Assembly (NCBI GenBank): GCA_048538275.1
Contig: JBLYPW010000001.1
Coordinates: 212,919 to 276,918, forward strand
Reading direction: 5' to 3'
DNA from: Candidatus Komeilibacteria bacterium
GTDB taxonomy: Bacteria > Patescibacteriota > Patescibacteriia > UBA1558
Length of the DNA: 64,000 bases
Shown: positions 1-8,600 of the stretch, piece by piece
Position numbering within the stretch: position 1 is the stretch's first letter
Layout of the letters: each line of letters begins with the position of its first letter
The notes under the pieces: model-generated
What the model was told of the DNA's origin: nothing
Seen by the model: only the letters and a program-made list of their open reading frames with translations
The model's database searches: none
Program-made: the position numbers and the translations under genes

Positions 1-281
1 AGGTAGTTGGAGAAAATTAAGCTACCGAGCAGAAAAATTACCAATGCGCTAATTAAAAAAAATAGGCGTACAAATTTTTTCTTGTGCCGTGGTCGGTCTA
101 GATTTGCGACCTGATTGTCATCCCCCAGAAAATTTACGGGCTGTGATACTTTTGCTTTAGTTTTTTTGGTATTTGTTTGAGGGGCTGATGTCTGCGGGTT
201 GGCGCTGTTATAATAGTTTATTTTAACGCTTTCAGACTCGTGATCTTGAGTCTTGCGATTGATACTGTCTAGATTTGGCAT
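1..281 (-). CDS. Partial membrane-anchored protein (runs off window start)
   Basis: ATG at 281 gives MPNLDSINRK...RHKKKFVRLFFLISALVIFLLGSLIF, open to the window edge; basic patch then TM helix. Confidence 0.6.
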   Translation of the reverse strand, partial: MPNLDSINRKTQDHESESVKINYYNSANPQTSAPQTNTKKTKAKVSQPVNFLGDDNQVANLDRPRHKKKFVRLFFLISALVIFLLGSLIFSNY

Positions 282-437
282 TGATGATTTTTAGTAGCAA
301 GATATTTAAATTTTAGAATATTTATGCCTTTAAGTCAATTTGATTTTTCCTTTTTTATCTGTTATAATCAGCATACTTTGTGCTCTTTTTGGGTTTTATT
401 AGCATATTGGCTTATAGGATATATAACTTAATTTTAG

Positions 438-463
438 CCAAAGGCTGACCAACCTTTGGTTGG
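438..463. repeat. REP-like hairpin CCAAAGGCTGACCAACCTTTGGTTGG
   Basis: CCAACC-TTT-GGTTGG hairpin (alternative CCAAAGG/CCTTTGG) at the D-loop position of the relic. Confidence 0.5.
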
Positions 464-491
464 GATTAGAGCGTTCACCCCGTTAAATCTT

Positions 492-587
492 GGGCGTATA
501 GCTCCCCGCACCACTCACTGCGTTCGTTAGCGGGGCAGGCAGTTGGTAGATCCGCCAGTTGGCGGACTCTTAAGCAAACGGTCGCAG
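492..587 (+). pseudogene. Interrupted tRNA relic (Val-identical 5' end, Lys-CTT-like anticodon arm)
   Basis: GGGCGTATAGCTC[36-bp insert]AGTTGGTAGA[TCCGCCAGTTGGCGGA]CTCTTAAGCAAACGGTCGCAG. Confidence 0.6.
505..540 (+). repeat. tRNA-inserted REP-like hairpin element, copy 1
   Basis: CCCGCACCACTCACTGCGTTCGTTAGCGGGGCAGGC; close homolog at 62065-62101 (-). Confidence 0.75.
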
Positions 588-607
588 TATTAATAAAATA
601 AAATCTT

Positions 608-684
608 GGGCGTATAGCTCAGTTGGTTAGAGCGCTACATTCACATTGTAGAAGTCTCAGGTTCAAATCCTGATACGCCCACCA
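608..684 (+). tRNA. tRNA-Val(CAC)
   Basis: GGGCGTA/TACGCCC acceptor, CTACA-TT-CAC-AT-TGTAG anticodon arm, GGTTCAAATCC, CCA end. Confidence 0.96.
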
Positions 685-872
685 TTAATAGCCCAATTTA
701 ACGGGGCAAGTTCACATTGTAGAAATCAGAGTTTGTTGTTTTCTCATGTTTACCACGTTTGTAGATACATTGTCATCGCTCTTATGATATGCAAAAATTT
801 GTTGGTTTAAAATGAGTTAGTCATTATTGCACCAAAACATATTTATTATTTTATAAACATATATATAATTCA

Positions 873-1526
873 ATGTCGGAAAATCTAAAATCAGAATCAG
901 AACAACAAGATAATAACAGTGTTGAAGAGGCTGAGGTTAAAGTTGAATCTTTTCAGTCTTTTGTTTTTGAAATGGTAAAGGTATTATTTATTTCTTTATT
1001 AATAATTGTTCCGATCCGGGCTTATGTAGTACAACCTTTTTATGTTGACGGCGCTTCCATGGAGCCAAATTTTTATGACGGGGAATATTTGATCGTGGAC
1101 GAAATAAGTTATCGTTTTCAAAATCCGCAAAGAGGAGATATTGTTGTTTTTCACCCGCCCAGCAATCCTAAAGTTTATTACATAAAAAGAATCATTGGCT
1201 TACCCGGTGAAGTAGTAGATATACAGAATGGTCAGATAAAGGTGTATGAGAAAGATTCTATAGAGCCATTATTTATGGATGAGTCAGAATATTTAACAGC
1301 CGAGTATGCCTTACGAGCGAGTGAAAAATATCATGTCTCATTAGAATATGACGAGTATTATTTATTAGGTGATAATCGGCCCAATAGTTTAGATTCTAGA
1401 CGTTTTGGCCCTATACCAAGAGATCATATTAAGGGCAAGGTGGTTTTACGAGCATTTCCTTTTGATCGTTTTGGTGGTATGACTAGGCCTGATTATAGCA
1501 ATGAAAATAATTTTAGCAATAATTAA
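873..1526 (+). CDS. lepB: Signal peptidase I
   Basis: TM then GASMEPNF (Ser), YIKRIIGLPGE (Lys), GDNRPNSLDSRRFG. Confidence 0.96.
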   Translation: MSENLKSESEQQDNNSVEEAEVKVESFQSFVFEMVKVLFISLLIIVPIRAYVVQPFYVDGASMEPNFYDGEYLIVDEISYRFQNPQRGDIVVFHPPSNPKVYYIKRIIGLPGEVVDIQNGQIKVYEKDSIEPLFMDESEYLTAEYALRASEKYHVSLEYDEYYLLGDNRPNSLDSRRFGPIPRDHIKGKVVLRAFPFDRFGGMTRPDYSNENNFSNN

Positions 1527-1538
1527 TATCTATATTTT

Positions 1539-2846
1539 ATGGTAGCTAAAAAAGAAAAAAAAGCTTTTCAATTAGTCAGAGGAATGAAAGATATTTTGCC
1601 CGAAGATCAAAGATATTGGCAATATATTCGCAATACTTTAATGCAATTAGCGGCGGATTATAATTATCAGCGGATTGACACGCCAATTTTGGAATTTACT
1701 AAGTTGTTTAATCGTTCGGTTGGTAATTTTACTGACATAGTGGAAAAGGAAATGTATTCTTTCCAAGATCAGGGAAAAGAGCAGCTGAGCTTGCGACCGG
1801 AGTTAACGGCTGGCGTAGTGCGAGCTTATATAGAACACGGTATGATTAATTTACCCCAGCCGGTAAAGTTATTTTATATCGGTCCTTGTTTTCGTTATGA
1901 TCGGCCGCAGAGTGGTCGCCAACGTCAGTTTTGGCAATTTGGCTTTGAATCCATCGGTGAGGGCGGACCTATTGTTGACGCTCAGATTATCAATATGGGT
2001 TATAAGTTTTTTCGGCGCCTAAACCTAGACGTGACAGTGCAGATCAATAGCTTGGGTTGCATAGAGTGTCGCCCGACATATCATGAGGTGTTATTGGATT
2101 TTTTAAAAGGTAAAAAAAATCAGTTATGTGATGACTGCAAGCGTCGCGTGAATAAAAATCCATTACGTGTTTTGGACTGTAAAGAGGATACTTGTCAGGC
2201 GATAGTGGCTGATGCTCCTCAACAAGTTGATTATCTTTGTGATGAATGCCGGCAACATTTTGTAGCCACCCTAGAATATCTTGATGAATTGGAAGTGCCC
2301 TACAATTTAAATCCCAAGATAGTACGCGGTTTGGACTATTATACGAGGACTGCTTTTGAATTTACTGCCACCGATGATGATGAGAATAGGCAAAATGCTT
2401 TAGGTGGCGGTGGGCGTTATGATGGCTTGGTGGAAGAATTGGGCGGTCGGCCAACACCAGCAGTTGGCTTGGGGATTGGTATTGAACGTGTGGTGCGGGC
2501 TTTGCGTCATTATGATATCAAAGTCCCAGAACAAGAAGTCTATGATGTTTTTGTAGCTCAACTGGGCAAGGAAGCACGCAAGCAATGTTTGTCTCTTTAT
2601 GAAAAACTTTTAGACGCTGGCATTCGGGTAGTAGAAAATTTTGCCAAGGAAGGTTTGAAACCACAATTAGAACTAGCTAATAAACTGGGAGTAAAATATG
2701 CTTTATTGTTAGGGCAAAAAGAAATAGTAGATGGCACCATCTTAATTCGCGATATGGAAGGTGGTATCCAGGAAGTAGTTGATTATAATAAGGTAGTGCT
2801 TGAGTTAAAAAAGAGGCTAAAAGCCAAAGAAGTTGAAGAAGTATAA
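1539..2846 (+). CDS. hisS: Histidine--tRNA ligase
   Basis: RGMKD, LRPELTA, FRYDRPQSGRQRQF, RGLDYY, GGGGRYDGL. Confidence 0.98.
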   Translation: MVAKKEKKAFQLVRGMKDILPEDQRYWQYIRNTLMQLAADYNYQRIDTPILEFTKLFNRSVGNFTDIVEKEMYSFQDQGKEQLSLRPELTAGVVRAYIEHGMINLPQPVKLFYIGPCFRYDRPQSGRQRQFWQFGFESIGEGGPIVDAQIINMGYKFFRRLNLDVTVQINSLGCIECRPTYHEVLLDFLKGKKNQLCDDCKRRVNKNPLRVLDCKEDTCQAIVADAPQQVDYLCDECRQHFVATLEYLDELEVPYNLNPKIVRGLDYYTRTAFEFTATDDDENRQNALGGGGRYDGLVEELGGRPTPAVGLGIGIERVVRALRHYDIKVPEQEVYDVFVAQLGKEARKQCLSLYEKLLDAGIRVVENFAKEGLKPQLELANKLGVKYALLLGQKEIVDGTILIRDMEGGIQEVVDYNKVVLELKKRLKAKEVEEV

Positions 2847-2952
2847 TTTCTTTGACAAATCGTTTTTTTTGTGTTATTAAATATATAGGTCAAACAGATA
2901 TTTATTTATGTCTGTTACAAATTTATAAACTAAGTAAAGGGGGTGACTCTTC

Positions 2953-3198
2953 GTGTTAGAGGTTAAACGTAAGCCGGGTGAGACTTTTGAGAGTTTATTG
3001 CGGCGTTTTACTAAAAAAACCATTCAAAGCGGAAAAATATTGCAAGTTAAGAAAATCAAATATTTTCAGAAACCCAAAACTGAGAGAGCAAAAAAAGAAG
3101 CCGCTCTCAAGCGTCAAGAATCACGTAAGCAAAGAGATTATTTACGACGCGTCGGTAAACTGGATGAGTGGTTGGATAAACGACGTAAGCGCAGATAA
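2953..3198 (+). CDS. rpsU: 30S ribosomal protein bS21
   Basis: EVKRKPGETFESLLRRF...YFQKP pattern; AAGGGGGTGA SD before GTG; upstream of yqeY. Confidence 0.85.
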   Translation: MLEVKRKPGETFESLLRRFTKKTIQSGKILQVKKIKYFQKPKTERAKKEAALKRQESRKQRDYLRRVGKLDEWLDKRRKRR

Positions 3199-3216
3199 AC
3201 ATTAGCTTTTTTTACG

Positions 3217-3660
3217 ATGTCATTAGTAGAACAAATATTGGCCGATCAAAAAGAGGCCATGAAAAACAGAGAACAGATTCGCTTATCTGTATTACGTATG
3301 TTATCAACTAGCGTAAAGAATAAAGCGATAGCAAAGCGTGATGATTTAACAGATGAAGAAGTTCAGGCAGTTATTCGCACTGAAGTGAAAAGAAGGCAAG
3401 AGGCTGCCACTGCTTGGCGGCAAGCCAAGCAGGAGGATAAGGCCGTTGCGGAAGAAAAAGAGGCGGAAATTTTGCAAGCTTATTTACCCGCTCAGTTAAG
3501 CGACGATGAATTGAAGTCATTAATTGAGCAAATAATTCAAGAAAATAACCTTAAAGGCGCTGCTCAGTTTGGTCAGGCAATGGGCAAGGTAATGTCAGTA
3601 GTTGCTGGCCGAGCCGATGGTAAGCGGGTGCAAACTTTTCTACGCGCAGCCTTGCAGTAG
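3217..3660 (+). CDS. yqeY: GatB/YqeY domain protein
   Basis: KEAMK...RLSVLRML...EILQAYLPAQLS...GKVM...GRADGK. Confidence 0.92.
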   Translation: MSLVEQILADQKEAMKNREQIRLSVLRMLSTSVKNKAIAKRDDLTDEEVQAVIRTEVKRRQEAATAWRQAKQEDKAVAEEKEAEILQAYLPAQLSDDELKSLIEQIIQENNLKGAAQFGQAMGKVMSVVAGRADGKRVQTFLRAALQ

Positions 3661-3687
3661 ATTTACCATAAATTTCATCACTCTCCC

Positions 3688-5634
3688 ATGCTAAAATTTT
3701 TTGACATGATGAAAAAAAAGAGAACCGCTGTTTTGTTATCTTTATTGATTGCAGCGGTTCTTTTTTTGTGGGCAATGGGTGTGCAGGCGGTCAATGATTT
3801 GGGCTTGAGTACGGCTCAGCAAATTGGTTTGGGCACGACTCCTTTGCCGGATATTGTAGTCAATGTCGTGCATGTGTTTTTGGGATTGCTGGGCTTGTTA
3901 GCGGTCATTTTTGTATTATATGGCGGCTTTGTTTGGATGACGGCCGGTGGCAACCCTGATAAAATAAGTCAAGCAAAAAAGATATTGATTAATACGGTCA
4001 TCGGCATAGTGATTATATTGTCTTCGTATGCTTTGACAGAATTTTTATTTAGACAATTTGGCTGGGTTACTGGATTACAAAATAATGTGGTGAATCAGTC
4101 ACGCGATAACTCTTATTATTATAGTGGTGGCTTGGCCGGCGGTATTATTCGGGCACATTATCCTCAACGTGGCGATGTTGATGTACCGCGCAATGTTGCT
4201 ATTGCCATTACTTTTAAAGAAGCTATTGATCCGACCACCATTATTGGCGACGACGGTAAGATAATTGTTGACAATGTCAGTATTAGCACCTTAGACGGCG
4301 CGGCTCTAACTGATATTAGCGTTAGCACGGTGGATAATTTAACTTTTATATTGCGACCGGATCAGTGGCTGGGCAATGATCAGGCGGCGGTTTGGTATCA
4401 AGTAGGTTTGCTTTCCGGCATTCAAAAAAGCAATGGCGACCCGGCTTTTGGTCCTTTAGGAAATTATAGTTGGCAATTTGCCACTAGCACTGAAGCAGAT
4501 ACGACACCTCCTCAAGTAACGAGTATTACGCCCAGCGCCGATAGTACTGAGCCGCGTAATGTAGCCGTGCAGATTAACTTTAATGAGCCGGTTGATCCTA
4601 CTAGTGCCAGCGGTGATAGTAATAATTTTTCTAATATTATACTTAGTGATATGTCTGATCAAATAGTATCAGGCACTTATACTATAACCAATCAGTACCG
4701 TACCGTAGAATTTTTAACTAATGATTTGTGTGGTCAAAATTCTTGTGGTGATGATGTCTATTGTTTGCCGGCAGACGAATTATTAAACGCTTTGATCAAA
4801 GCCGCCAGCGTGGGTGTCTTACCTTATGACGGCGTGGTGGACATGGCGGGTAATAGTTTAGATGGCAATGCTAATGGTCAAGCGGAAGGATCTTCTACTG
4901 ATGATTATGGCTGGAATTTTAATACCACCAATGACATTGATATTACGGCACCACAAGTTAAAGAAGTTACTCCAGATACTTCAGCCAATGGTATTAGTAC
5001 TCGTGCTAGAGTACGGGCTGATTTTAATAAGCCTATGCTGTTGAGCTCTATTAATGGTGACTCTATGCAAATAGATCAAGGAGTGAATTATTGGATCAAT
5101 AGTACGATTCAGGATAATACTACCATGAGTTATATTAATCACGATGAATTTATTACGCAGACTACTTATCATCCTCGTATTACCAATGCCTGTCGCGATA
5201 TTTACCAAAATTGTTTTAATCCGCCGCAGGGTCCCAATGAATGGCTGATTTCTCCGACGGGCGATTGGGCCTGGATAGATGGTACTACTAGTGGTGATAT
5301 TGCTAGCGATTCATTGGGTACTAGCTTGACCCTAAGCGCTGGTAATAGTAGTGGCGCTTGGGTATCAGCCGCTATGAGTGCTGATGCGCCAGTAGCTGTG
5401 ATGGCTGTTTTTGCTCAGGATTTGTTGGATAATGGTAGTCAGACGCAGATTTTTGTGCGTAGCGCCAATACCATTGCCAATCTAAATAATGCAACCTGGA
5501 TGGCAGTAGGTTATGACGGACAGCTCAATTTGCCTGCGGCGAATTATTGGCAACTCAAAGCAGAATTAAGTAGCGTGGCAGATGATAGCGTGCCTACAAT
5601 TTTTCAAATTAGCCTTAATATTGATAAATCTTAA
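3688..5634 (+). CDS. TrbC/VirB2-like pilin fused to Ig-like (Big_5) domains; start may be 3706
   Basis: Signal peptide, YGGFVWMTAGGNPDKISQAKK two-helix pilin motif, repeated PRNVA(I/V)xIxF...WxFxT Ig units. Confidence 0.8.
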   Translation: MLKFFDMMKKKRTAVLLSLLIAAVLFLWAMGVQAVNDLGLSTAQQIGLGTTPLPDIVVNVVHVFLGLLGLLAVIFVLYGGFVWMTAGGNPDKISQAKKILINTVIGIVIILSSYALTEFLFRQFGWVTGLQNNVVNQSRDNSYYYSGGLAGGIIRAHYPQRGDVDVPRNVAIAITFKEAIDPTTIIGDDGKIIVDNVSISTLDGAALTDISVSTVDNLTFILRPDQWLGNDQAAVWYQVGLLSGIQKSNGDPAFGPLGNYSWQFATSTEADTTPPQVTSITPSADSTEPRNVAVQINFNEPVDPTSASGDSNNFSNIILSDMSDQIVSGTYTITNQYRTVEFLTNDLCGQNSCGDDVYCLPADELLNALIKAASVGVLPYDGVVDMAGNSLDGNANGQAEGSSTDDYGWNFNTTNDIDITAPQVKEVTPDTSANGISTRARVRADFNKPMLLSSINGDSMQIDQGVNYWINSTIQDNTTMSYINHDEFITQTTYHPRITNACRDIYQNCFNPPQGPNEWLISPTGDWAWIDGTTSGDIASDSLGTSLTLSAGNSSGAWVSAAMSADAPVAVMAVFAQDLLDNGSQTQIFVRSANTIANLNNATWMAVGYDGQLNLPAANYWQLKAELSSVADDSVPTIFQISLNIDKS

Positions 5635-8600
5635 TGCGCAAAGCATCGCATAAAAAAATATTTTTTGTTTTCTTGGCTTTGTTATTAATACCAATTATTA
5701 GTTTTGCGCAAGCTAATTTAGGTTTAGATACGGCTGGCAGCATTGGTTTGGGTACAACTGATTTACCGGTAATTATCGTTAATATTATAAGAATATTTTT
5801 GAGTTTATTGGGCTTGATTGCTGTTGGTGTTATTATTTGGGCTGGTTTGCAGTGGATGACAGCCGGTGGCAACCCAGAGCAGGTCGGACGGGCAAAAAAG
5901 TGGATGATTAATGGTTTGATCGGTCTGGTCATAATCATGGCCTCTTTTGGGATTGCTAGTTTTGTTATTAATAATTTAAAACAAGCTACTGGCTTGAGCG
6001 AAGCTACAGGTGATAATAATAGTTCGGGTGGTGGCGGTTTGCCTGGTGGTGGTTTTGTTTTGAGTAGTTGGCAACCAAGTAACAATAGTAGTGATTGGCC
6101 ACGTAATATTATAGTACGAGCTTATTTTAGCGGTGTCATTGATGCCACCACGCTTGATGAGAATGATATCACTTTTATTGACACCACTAGTAATAATAAT
6201 ATTCCTTTTGTTTTAGAGGCCAATGGTAGTCGTTTAGATATAGCGCCACAAAATAGTTGTGCTGTTGATGGCGTTGATTATTGTTTGCCAGCAGATCATG
6301 CTTATCAGGTAAGTATTGTAAATGGATCAATACGTTCTTTAGCTAACCATACTTTACAATGCGGACAAAATTGTCAGACGGTTTTTTCCGTTGGCAATAG
6401 TATTGATAATACTGCTCCCAATTTTGCGCTAGTGCAACCGGTGGCTGATAGTTTAGTAGCGCTTGATTCATTGGTACCGATTTTAGGTCAGCCAAATGAT
6501 AATAGTAGTGTTATTGCAGCGGTGACTTTTTTGGCTAATGATGATGTTGTTCAACCAGTTGGTAGCGATACGGATGGTGAGCCGTGGACAGTTGACTGGG
6601 TAGTGTCTGGCTATAATGCTGGTGAGATATTAAGTTTAAGTGCTACAGCGGAAGATTTGAGTGGCAATGTGGGTTATGCCCCTGATGTGCGGGTTATTGT
6701 GAGGCCGGAGCATTGTTTCAACGGCTATCAAGACGCTGATGAAACCGGTATTGATGTGGGAGGTAGTTGTGGCGCTGCTTTGGGAGAGTCATGCAATGTT
6801 AATAATAGTTGTGGCAATGGTGATCAATTTTGCGCGGAAGGGAGTTGTAGTGAAGTAACCTGTACTTGTGAAGCCAAGCCCATTGTCATGAGCATTACAC
6901 CCGCTGATGGTGCGGTAGGAAATTTAATTACTATTTATGGTAGTGGTTTTGGTCAAGATTTGGGTGTAGTGACTTTTTTGGGTAGTGCAGCTAGTGGCGA
7001 TGAACAGCTTGGTGATTTAAATGTTTGTTTACAAAGCTGGACCAATAATCAGGTTATAGTAGCAGTGCCAAATAATGCGGTTAGTGGGGGGATTAAATTA
7101 ACTACGGCCAGCGGACGTTTTGATACCACTTTGGATGAATTAGGATGGCAAGGAGAATTTGATGTAAATACCGTGGTGCGACCGGGTTTGTGTTCAGTTG
7201 ATCCAACGATTGGACCGGCCTTGTCACTGGCTAGTGTACAAGGTATTAATTTAGGTTCAAGTGCTGACAATCAAAACTTATTTGTAGGTGGTCAGTCGGC
7301 CAATATTGGTACTTGGCAAAATTCAGCAATTGATTTTATAGTTCCAAATCTACTGCCCAGTAGTCAGCCAGTGAGTATTTCTATACAAAATGACCAGCAA
7401 GAAAATAGTAATCCGGTGTATTTTGTGGTGCAGCCAGACATAGTGACACCACATTTATATAGTATTAATCCGGCTGGAGGGCCAGCGGGTCAGTATATTA
7501 CCTTGACGGGTACAAATTTTGGTACAAATCCGAGCGAAGTAAATGTCAAATTTGTGGCCGCTGATAATACTGCCACGGAAGCAGATATAGATTTTCCGGC
7601 AATGTGTGGAGAGCGACAAATTAGTAATACGGAAATGGTGGTAAAGGTGCCAGCGATCGCAGTGGGCGACTATGCCGTGGACGTTCGCCGTTTGGGTAAG
7701 GTGAGTGAGTCCATTGATTTTTCAGTTGTCAGTGGTCAGCCAGGGGCAGGATTGTGTGCTTTATTGCCAGATAATGGACCCAATGGCATTAGCGTGCAGG
7801 TAGTAGGTGATAATTTTTCTAATGATGGAAGTGTCAATTTTTATAATAATCAAACAGCCCAGACTAGCAATTGGCAAGCTAATAGCGTTGACACCGTTGT
7901 ACCGGCTGATGCAGTGAGTGGGCCGGTGAGCATGATGCTGGCAGGACAGGTTAGTAATAGCATAAATTTCTCGGTGGGCACTTGTAGTCCCGGACCGGGC
8001 GAGGAATTGTGTGCTGATGGCAGCTGTCGTCCGGTAGGAGAATGTTTAAATATACCGGCAGATGATGACTATACTTGGTCTTTTACCACGGGCGAGGCGT
8101 GGCCACCCTTCGTTGTTAGTGATTATTGGCCGGCTTGTAATAGTGCTTGTACAAATGCTGATGTAGCAGCGGTTTTTTCCAATCCATTGGATACAAATAC
8201 AATTATGAACAATGTTGAGATTTGGGATTGTGGTGAGGATGACATGTGTCTATCATCTGAGCAAATTGATTTGACCAATGGCAATGTTTGGGGCGGTAAT
8301 TATGATGCGAGTAACAATGTATTGCATTTTTTACCTTTGGGCATTAGCGCTAATCACAATTATCGCGTAGTTATGACCATGGGTAATGATGGTATAAAAA
8401 ATGCCGTAGGTGAAAATTTAACTAATCCTAATTTTGATAAAAATGGTGACGGAATAGATGATAGCTTTGCTTGGATTTTTAGTACTGGCGAGCAAGCATG
8501 TGTTCCAGCGCGCGCTGAGGTTTTGCCATCTCCTATTAAGTTTACTCGTTTAGAACAAAGTGAAACTGTCTACCCTTATCCTTATTCGGCGGCTGACAGT

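Larger units (their letters stand above)
478..706. mobile_element. Cassette bounded by 11-bp inverted repeats, enclosing tRNA-Val
   Basis: CCCCGTTAAAT (478-488) and ATTTAACGGGG (696-706) followed by CAAG. Confidence 0.5.
417..730 (+). pseudogene. Decayed, interrupted outer tRNA-Val copy (segments 417-433, 466-477, 711-730)
   Basis: GGATATATAACTTAATT / TTAGAGCGTTCA / TTCACATTGTAGAAATCAG align in order with intact tRNA-Val; the 5' segment differs only by G>A and C>T changes. Confidence 0.55.
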
